Below are positions 57,559 through 63,615 of a DNA stretch of 63,615 nucleotides, piece after piece (the first letter of the stretch is position 1; every line of letters starts with the position of its first letter). The DNA lies in the IMG/VR virus record IMGVR_UViG_3300016471_001057, positions 1-63,615 of that record. The stretch is one strand, 5' to 3'. The translations under genes were made by a program, and so were the position numbers. The DNA is from a virus. Its lineage: Duplodnaviria; Caudoviricetes. The notes beneath the pieces are model-generated. The model made no database searches, was not told the DNA's origin, and was given only the letters and a program-made list of their open reading frames with translations.

Positions 57559-58547
57559 AAATTGCTTTTCATTCTTATCAATTAGGAGAACGCGGCACAG
57601 AAATTTGTCTTTATAAATATGCAAAGTATAATCGGGAAATACTTGGTAACGAATCAATTATTATTTCAACAAATTCTAGACCTACCCCGTCATTAAATCG
57701 ATTTAAAGAATTTCCTACATATCTGTACAGCACTGTTTGGCAAAATGATAGGAAAAATGACGAGTTAAGAGGTGTATTAGAAAATATATGTGCTGAAGAA
57801 AAGGTAGATGCATTTTATGCAATTAAGGGTGGGGAAAATGATAATTTTATGCCGACCAATACACGGCGATTAGCACATTGTATCTTTACAATGGATGAAC
57901 CGCATGGAGAGGTCTACGCGGGAGTTTGTAAATATATTTCAGATCGATATGGCGGTGTTTACCCCTATGTTTATCATATTATAGATAAAGAAGCCCCACA
58001 TATAAATGACGATCTTAAAGACGAGCTGGGAATTCCTAAAGATGCATTAGTCTTAGGTAGGCACGGCGGTCGAGATGTATTTAATATACCAGCAGCACAT
58101 TCAGCAATTATTCAGGCCCTCGAAAAAAGAAAAGATTTATGGATAGTTCTTTTAAACACAGATGTCTTTTATACACATGAAAGGATTAAGTACTTGCCCT
58201 GGACAATTAGTGAAGAATATAAAGCCCGTTTTATAAACACGTGCGATGCTATGATTCATGCCCGTGACGACGGTGAAGTCTTTAGTTTGTCTGTAGCTGA
58301 ATTTTCCGTTAGGAACAAACCTATTATAACCTGGAAGCCTGATATTATTCCTAATCATTATCATCACGGGCATTTAGATGTATTGAAGGATACAGCTTTC
58401 TACTACAAGGATACAGCCACACTAGTAGAGATTCTATTGTCCTTAACAAAATCAGATATTGTCAGTAGAAACTGGAATGTTTATGGGGAGCAATTTTCAC
58501 CACAGGCCATAATGCAGCAATTTAAAGATGTTTTTCTGACTACATGA
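57555..58547 (+). CDS. GT-B (GT4-like) glycosyltransferase
   Basis: ERGT....YA.YN, GRHGG...F, FINTCDAMIHAR..GE.F.L..AEF. Confidence 0.85.
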   Translation: MKIAFHSYQLGERGTEICLYKYAKYNREILGNESIIISTNSRPTPSLNRFKEFPTYLYSTVWQNDRKNDELRGVLENICAEEKVDAFYAIKGGENDNFMPTNTRRLAHCIFTMDEPHGEVYAGVCKYISDRYGGVYPYVYHIIDKEAPHINDDLKDELGIPKDALVLGRHGGRDVFNIPAAHSAIIQALEKRKDLWIVLLNTDVFYTHERIKYLPWTISEEYKARFINTCDAMIHARDDGEVFSLSVAEFSVRNKPIITWKPDIIPNHYHHGHLDVLKDTAFYYKDTATLVEILLSLTKSDIVSRNWNVYGEQFSPQAIMQQFKDVFLTT

Positions 58548-59497
58548 TAGTTGCAACATGTCCTTTAAGAATATCCTTAGTAGGTGGGTCTACAGACCAC
58601 CCGCACTTTTTAGAGAAATACAACACCGGGGCTGTAATAAGTTTTCCGTCATGCCTAAAAACATATATAACATTACATAAAGATGTCCTAGGTATCACTC
58701 AAACCCAAAAAAAATATATTGTAAATTATTCTAAACGGGAAGAGTGTAGCCATGTTGATGATATTCAAAATGATCTTGTCCGGGAAGTCTTTAAGTTTTT
58801 TAATGTACAATATAGTACGTGCGCATTAACATCAGATATTTTTTCATCTGGGTCTGGTCTGGCCTCATCCTCGTCTTATATAATAGCCCTTATAAAAGCA
58901 GTGGTAACAATGCACAATATTAATATTTCAGACATTGAAATTTGTAATATTGCTAATCAATTAGAGAAAAAATTTAACCCGCTAGTGGGGCAGCAAGACT
59001 TTTACGGTAGTGGCATAGGCGGGTTAAAAAAAATTACTTTTTATAAGGACAAATTGCCGTCCTTTACTTATTTAAAAACTAGTATTTTTGATAATATGGA
59101 CATGATATTACTTTTTACGGAAAAAAATCGATTATCAACTAATATTTTACAAACTATTAATATAGATAAAAGCAGAGAGCATTTAGCAGATGTAAATGTA
59201 CTAGAACAGTATATTCTCGAGAATAATGTAGAAAATTTTTGTAAGACTATAAGAAAATCGTGGGAGACTAAAAAAAATACTTCCCCACACATTTGTGCAA
59301 ACGATTTAATAGATTTAGATAGAAAATTGTATTTAGATACTAATGTATTAGCACATAAATTATGTGGTGCAGGGGGTGGTGGCTTTTTTCTTGTCTTTAC
59401 AAAAAAAGGTACAGTACCAGGTATGGTTTCTACAAATCTCTATACTAAAATAGGCTTATCCACAACTGGGGTAACCGCAACAAGACTATATGATTAA
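58544..59497 (+). CDS. GHMP sugar kinase (HddA-like)
   Basis: PLRISLVGG.TD, GSGLASSS, GQQD, KLCGAGGGGF. Confidence 0.9.
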   Translation: MIVATCPLRISLVGGSTDHPHFLEKYNTGAVISFPSCLKTYITLHKDVLGITQTQKKYIVNYSKREECSHVDDIQNDLVREVFKFFNVQYSTCALTSDIFSSGSGLASSSSYIIALIKAVVTMHNINISDIEICNIANQLEKKFNPLVGQQDFYGSGIGGLKKITFYKDKLPSFTYLKTSIFDNMDMILLFTEKNRLSTNILQTINIDKSREHLADVNVLEQYILENNVENFCKTIRKSWETKKNTSPHICANDLIDLDRKLYLDTNVLAHKLCGAGGGGFFLVFTKKGTVPGMVSTNLYTKIGLSTTGVTATRLYD

Positions 59498-60395
59498 TTT
59501 TTTAAAAAAAGCTCTTTATAATATAAAGGAGAGCGAACTTGCCAAACTTAAAGAAATAGTATTATCTGCCTCAGAGATTATTATCCTAGGGAACGGTGGG
59601 AGTAATGCTATAGCATCGCATATTGCCCAGGATTATACAAAAATACTTGGAAAGAAAAGTTTTTCATTTTCTGATTCATCTAGACTGACGTGTTACATAA
59701 ATGACTATGGAATGGAAGAAGCTTATGTAAAATACTTACAACATTTTTCTAGTAAAAAAACTTTGGTTATCTTAATTTCATCTTCTGGTAGATCTAAAAA
59801 TATTATTAATGCGGCTAATTTTTGTCTACAAAATCAAATAAAATACATTATATTGACCGGTTTTGATGAAACTAATGAACTGCGTCAGAATTTCGGATCT
59901 AAGGCAGAGATAGATTTTTGGGTTAATAGTAATGACTATGGCATAGTAGAATGCATACATGAAATAATCTTACATGCTATTACCTTTCCACCGTGTAGGG
60001 TAGGGTTTATTGCAGGGTGTTTTGATGTAATTCACCCCGGGTATGCACAATTGTTCTGTTTTGCTAAGCAACACTGTGATTATCTTATCGTGGGGCTGCA
60101 TGAGGACGCTACATACAGAGAAAATAAATTAAAGCCAGTTCTCACTATTAATGAGAGAACTGATATTTTAAAATGTATAAAACAAATTGACGAAATAATT
60201 CCATATAAAACAGAAAATGACCTATTATCTATTTTAAGAACTAAAAAAATAAATGTAAGATTTTTGGGAAGTGATTACCGGGATAGGCTAAACCAAATTA
60301 CCGGTTTGGAGTTAAACATTCCTATAGTTTACCATGAAAGAGTTGATGGGTGGTCTGCAACTAAATTTAAAAAATTAATTAAAGAGTCGGTATGA
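59490..60395 (+). CDS. Fusion of GmhA-like SIS isomerase and cytidylyltransferase
   Basis: GNGGS.A.A.H, ND, ISSSG.S.N, E..H..H; then GCFDVIHPGY, LIVGL, ER, GSDY, SAT. Confidence 0.88.
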   Translation: MINFLKKALYNIKESELAKLKEIVLSASEIIILGNGGSNAIASHIAQDYTKILGKKSFSFSDSSRLTCYINDYGMEEAYVKYLQHFSSKKTLVILISSSGRSKNIINAANFCLQNQIKYIILTGFDETNELRQNFGSKAEIDFWVNSNDYGIVECIHEIILHAITFPPCRVGFIAGCFDVIHPGYAQLFCFAKQHCDYLIVGLHEDATYRENKLKPVLTINERTDILKCIKQIDEIIPYKTENDLLSILRTKKINVRFLGSDYRDRLNQITGLELNIPIVYHERVDGWSATKFKKLIKESV

Positions 60396-61291
60396 AGAAA
60401 GTTGTAGTAACAGGTGGGTGCGGATTTATAGGCAGTCATTTAATTGATGAATTAATCGAAAGAAATTATAATGTAACAGTAATAGATGATTGTTCGGCGA
60501 TATCAAATGAACGGTTTTATTTTAATAAAAAGGCTTTGTATTTTAAGTATAATATCCAGGATTACAATCTTATAGAGCCGCTTTTTAGAAATGCTGAATG
60601 TGTATTCCATCTTGCAGCTGAATCCCGGATCCAAACAGCAATTGCCAACCCCCTGTATGCAGTAAAAACAAATGTTACAGGAACTGCTAACATACTACAA
60701 GCCGCACGCCTTGGAGGCGTTAAAAGAGTTATATATTCATCAACATCTTCTGTTTATGGTTTAAATGAGACTGTACCTATTAGCGAGAATGCTCCAATAG
60801 ATTGCTTAAACCCATATTCTGCATCAAAATATTGCGGTGAAGAGCTTTGTAGAATGTATAGTAAATTGTATAACTTGGACACACTGATCTTTAGATACTT
60901 CAATGTATATGGGGAGCGGTCCCCTACAGCGGGTCAGTATGCTCCGGTAATAGGAATTTTTTTAAAGCAAAAAAATAATAACGTTCCATTAACGGTAGTA
61001 GGCACAGGTAAGCAGCGCCGTGATTACGTCCACGTATCAGATGTAGTTAATGCAAATATTTTGGGTATGATAGCAAAAGAGAATATTAATGGCCAGGTGT
61101 TTAATATTGGTACCGGTAAAAATTATAGCGTACTAGAGCTTGCAAGCTTTATATCAGATAATATTATATATATACCGGAGCGACCAGGTGAGGCAAAAAC
61201 AACTCTTGCAGATATATCAAAAGCAAAAAATATTTTAAATTATAATCCTCAAATAAAACTTAAAAGCTGGCTAGAAACTATTATTAAATGA
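60392..61291 (+). CDS. NAD-dependent NDP-sugar 4-epimerase-like protein
   Basis: VTGGCGFIGSH, FHLAA, SSSVYG-like, YSASK, RYFNVYG. Confidence 0.92.
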   Translation: MKKVVVTGGCGFIGSHLIDELIERNYNVTVIDDCSAISNERFYFNKKALYFKYNIQDYNLIEPLFRNAECVFHLAAESRIQTAIANPLYAVKTNVTGTANILQAARLGGVKRVIYSSTSSVYGLNETVPISENAPIDCLNPYSASKYCGEELCRMYSKLYNLDTLIFRYFNVYGERSPTAGQYAPVIGIFLKQKNNNVPLTVVGTGKQRRDYVHVSDVVNANILGMIAKENINGQVFNIGTGKNYSVLELASFISDNIIYIPERPGEAKTTLADISKAKNILNYNPQIKLKSWLETIIK

Positions 61292-61926
61292 AAGTTATAA
61301 CCGACCACTCAGTAGCAATATCATCTCCAGATCATTTATTTCCGTGGGGAACAGCACGAGACAATACAACTGATCATGGTTTTATTGAAGAAATTGAAAA
61401 CTTCTTTAACAACAAAAAAATTAAAACATTAGATATTGGATGCTCTGGTGGTCAACTTACTATTGACTTTTATAACCGCGGTCATGTAGCAATTGGAATT
61501 GAGGGGAGCGACTACAGTCTTGTTAATGAAAGGGCAAACTGGCCGCAATATAAAAATAAATTACTTTTTACATGCAATGCAACTAAACCTTATACAATTA
61601 CTGATGATACAAATAATCCAGTGCAATTTGATTTAATTACAGCATGGGAAGTGCTCGAGCATATACACGGAAACGACTTTAAACTTTTCTTTAATAATAT
61701 TCTTAATCATATGCATGAAAAGTCTATTTTTTGCTGCAGTATTAATACGAATGAAGATGTAATAAATGGCTATAAGCTGCATCAGAGTGCATACACCCAA
61801 GATGTGTGGTTGAAGGAAATCCTTCCAACTTATTTTGATGTATATCCTTTTCCTTTTATTAATAGAGTTAGATGTGGTGGCAGCTTTCATACATTACTTA
61901 AAAAGAAAAATATCTATACAGATTAA
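61288..61926 (+). CDS. Class I SAM-dependent methyltransferase
   Basis: LDIGCSGG, GIEGS, FDLITAWEVLEHI. Confidence 0.88.
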   Translation: MKVITDHSVAISSPDHLFPWGTARDNTTDHGFIEEIENFFNNKKIKTLDIGCSGGQLTIDFYNRGHVAIGIEGSDYSLVNERANWPQYKNKLLFTCNATKPYTITDDTNNPVQFDLITAWEVLEHIHGNDFKLFFNNILNHMHEKSIFCCSINTNEDVINGYKLHQSAYTQDVWLKEILPTYFDVYPFPFINRVRCGGSFHTLLKKKNIYTD

Positions 61927-61929
61927 TCA

Positions 61930-62331
61930 TGGAGCTGCTGGGATTTGAACCCAGGTCTTAAGCAATTACATTCACTGGTACTACAAGCTTATCTTAGTTA
62001 AACTTCAGAATGCGTGGAACTAAGCAAAACCCATTCGATATGGCGATTTAATACGCTTGGCAGATAACCACCACAACCCACCAAGTCAGGAATCTGTAAC
62101 GCGCCTTGTTTTACTGATTCCAACCTACAACAAGACGATCGAACTTATACTAGTTCGAGTTCGGCTTCTGCGTCTTCGAAGCCATACTGAGCAAGTATTG
62201 CATCAGCCTCTTCTAGACTCATAGCCATGTCGAAGTTATCTTCGGCATTTATAGTATTTGCTATTTTATACTGGAATGCCCCAGTGCTTGCACCAGAGAA
62301 CCGCATTGATTAATCGATTCCGTTCAGCCCC
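61930..62331 (-). ncRNA. ssrA: tmRNA (402 nt), tag AEDNFDMAMSLEEADAILAQYGFEDAEAELELV*
   Basis: 5' GGGGCTG pairs with 3' CAGCTCC-A, giving the alanine G3:U identity pair and A discriminator. D-loop-like AACGGAATCGA; T arm CTGGG-TTCAAAT-CCCAG; helix 2 TTAA.CAAT/ATTG.TTAA; ACTGG/CCAGT pk1-like stem; ATAAAT|GCC resume context; tag ORF 62145-62246; no encoded CCA. Confidence 0.93.
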
Positions 62332-62347
62332 ATGTCAAAGAACAGTA

Positions 62348-62355
62348 TATTTATA
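62348..62355 (-). promoter_or_regulatory. Late promoter TATAAATA upstream of the tmRNA
   Basis: Exact box 16 nt upstream of the predicted mature 5' end. Confidence 0.7.
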
Positions 62356-62379
62356 TAGGAAAAAAATATTAAATCAAAT

Positions 62380-62604
62380 CTATTGTAGTGTACCAATTTG
62401 TCTAAAAGGTATTGGCTTGTTCTTACTATCACACACCGTTACCCCGTCTATATGACCAGACATATAAGAGCCATGACCTTCCCATTTGCCACAATACCAA
62501 ATTGGTTTTACTTCTTTACCGTCAACCATCCTTCTTCTATTAATAGAAGTTTTAAACCCAGTAGCTCTTCCTCCGGCTTGAGGGTTTGTCTTAGACGCGG
62601 CCAT
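62380..62604 (-). CDS. Small hypothetical protein
   Basis: Fills the gap; TATAAT directly before the ATG. Confidence 0.65.
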   Translation of the reverse strand: MAASKTNPQAGGRATGFKTSINRRRMVDGKEVKPIWYCGKWEGHGSYMSGHIDGVTVCDSKNKPIPFRQIGTLQ

Positions 62605-62625
62605 ATATTATATATAGCTATTAAA

Positions 62626-63402
62626 CTAGATTTCTATAAGTTTTCTATTATTAGATAGTGCAGCAGTTATGGCAAAATTACCTTTTAAAGATAGAATCGG
62701 CTCACATTCTCTTAATATAAAAAAGTCTTCAAAAGCCTTTTTAAATCCATCCTCCGAACACCCAGCATAATCAATATGTTCTGGATTTTTATCACTGGTA
62801 TAAAAATTTAATTTTTTCTCTTTACAAAATTCTAGAAATTTTGAGCTATCAGAACAAAGAAAAATATCTTTACTAGATGTATTATGCTCCAAAATTGAAT
62901 TATATACCTCGTCATAGGATACATCTCTATTAAAATTAGGGTCATTCCAATTAGCCTGGCTACCTCCAAATCTTGCGGCAACCCCTAAAGGCTTTTTACT
63001 ACAAAAATCTGGTAAGATGTTTTTGTAGGTAAATAATTCATAAAAAAGATTATGAAATAAATCCTTACATTTAAGATCTTCTAAAAAATTGACATTACTT
63101 TCAATGATTTCAATATCCTCAGTAAAAAAATTTTTGTAATTTTGTAGAAAAGATCGGTATATATTATGACCGTCTCCGTCCATAATACGATGGTTTCTTA
63201 AAGACCCCTCTATTGGGCGAGGCTTCCAATTAATTAAATTTGGTTGTAGGACTGAATTGAGGTTATAAGGGTAAGTCCAATTTATTATAAATTCCCTATT
63301 AAGTAACTTGGCCAAAGCATAGCAAGACACAAGCCCTTTAAGCCTGTCTGCTAGTCCCCCTGCAGGGTACCTAATACAATTATATACTATATATTTTTTC
63401 AT
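62626..63402 (-). CDS. Fucosyltransferase-like GT-B protein (NodZ/GT23-like)
   Basis: GGLADRLKG, A..L.R, GV..R.G, FLCSDS, D.F.L..C, F...AA. Confidence 0.75.
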   Translation of the reverse strand: MKKYIVYNCIRYPAGGLADRLKGLVSCYALAKLLNREFIINWTYPYNLNSVLQPNLINWKPRPIEGSLRNHRIMDGDGHNIYRSFLQNYKNFFTEDIEIIESNVNFLEDLKCKDLFHNLFYELFTYKNILPDFCSKKPLGVAARFGGSQANWNDPNFNRDVSYDEVYNSILEHNTSSKDIFLCSDSSKFLEFCKEKKLNFYTSDKNPEHIDYAGCSEDGFKKAFEDFFILRECEPILSLKGNFAITAALSNNRKLIEI

Positions 63403-63404
63403 AT

Positions 63405-63434
63405 AAAAAAAATACCGGGGGTTGCCCGGTATTT
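63405..63434 (-). terminator. Rho-independent terminator
   Basis: Minus strand AAATACCGGG-loop-CCCGGTATTT followed by a T run. Confidence 0.85.
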
Positions 63435-63464
63435 AATTCTGCGACACTCTCGCAGACGGAGGAA

Positions 63465-63614
63465 TTAAGCAACCTGCAATCCGCTCCTACGAATGGCGCG
63501 GGTCAGATCACGTGCATCAACACGACGAATCGTAGATGCATACTGATTCTTCTGCTCAAGAACACGAGCGCGCTTGACGGTAAACTCACCGCCACGGGAG
63601 CGCTCGATCTTAAC
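63465..63614 (-). CDS. C-terminus of a basic hypothetical protein (partial)
   Basis: ..VKIERSRGGEFTVKRARVLEQKNQYASTIRRVDARDLTRAIRRSGLQVA*; open to the window edge, followed by hairpins. Confidence 0.7.
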   Translation of the reverse strand, partial: VKIERSRGGEFTVKRARVLEQKNQYASTIRRVDARDLTRAIRRSGLQVA

Positions 63615-63615
63615 G

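Noticed and set aside
61288-61926. DNA methyltransferase explaining the CCGG bias
   Set aside because: It lacks PCQ or DPPY/SPPY catalytic motifs; the EVLEH motif and context indicate a small-molecule or glycan methyltransferase.
61930-62005. tRNA gene suggested by the T-arm and acceptor 3' strand
   Set aside because: There is no matching 5' acceptor strand within about 90 nt; the partner GGGGCTG lies 400 nt away, so it is a tmRNA.
566-62658. Many antisense or alternate-frame ORFs in the track (e.g. 566..1042, 3688..4047, 4267..4602, 4719..5093, 30069..30434, 35703..36086, 62258..62455)
   Set aside because: They shadow well-supported genes or the tmRNA and lack motifs or promoter geometry.
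1-63615. Stop-codon reassignment, as in some large phages
   Set aside because: Core genes are full length in code 11, and TAA, TAG and TGA all end genes at tight junctions.
1-63615. CRISPR array, DGR/retron reverse transcriptase, integrase or transposase
   Set aside because: No spaced direct repeats and no RT, recombinase or transposase motifs were seen by eye.

Overview
This is a 63.6-kb segment of a large, AT-rich (roughly one-third GC by eye), T4-like tailed phage read in standard code 11. From left to right it holds: (1) the tail sheath start and a gp3-like gene; (2) a fractured large terminase whose two halves carry an atypically split intein (29-aa IntN, 107-aa IntC) with a free-standing Vsr/DUF559-type endonuclease between them; (3) neck gp14; (4) a minus-strand replication/recombination block (primase, clamp, gp32, helicase, UvsX, PolB, gp46/47, gp55, UvsW, UvsY) interleaved with glycosyltransferases, an RmlD-like enzyme, QueC and a class II amidotransferase; (5) a block of late genes, many with T4 internal-protein-like N-terminal leaders, including a nuclease-like / HIGH-nucleotidyltransferase / ligase-like trio, an aspartyl protease and an M15B peptidase, interspersed with folE, queD, phoH and queE; (6) a 15-kb glycan-biosynthesis island; (7) a 402-nt tmRNA with an unusual 33-aa acidic tag. 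Three window-wide patterns stand out: nearly all promoters (sigma70-like and late TAAATA boxes) sit 4-8 nt from the start codon, implying leaderless mRNAs; CCGG is about 4-fold over-represented in the core regions I counted but absent from mobile and apparently recent genes; and no dpdA/tgt gene accompanies the 7-deazaguanine genes in this window. All functional calls come from motif recognition by eye; no database searches were run.
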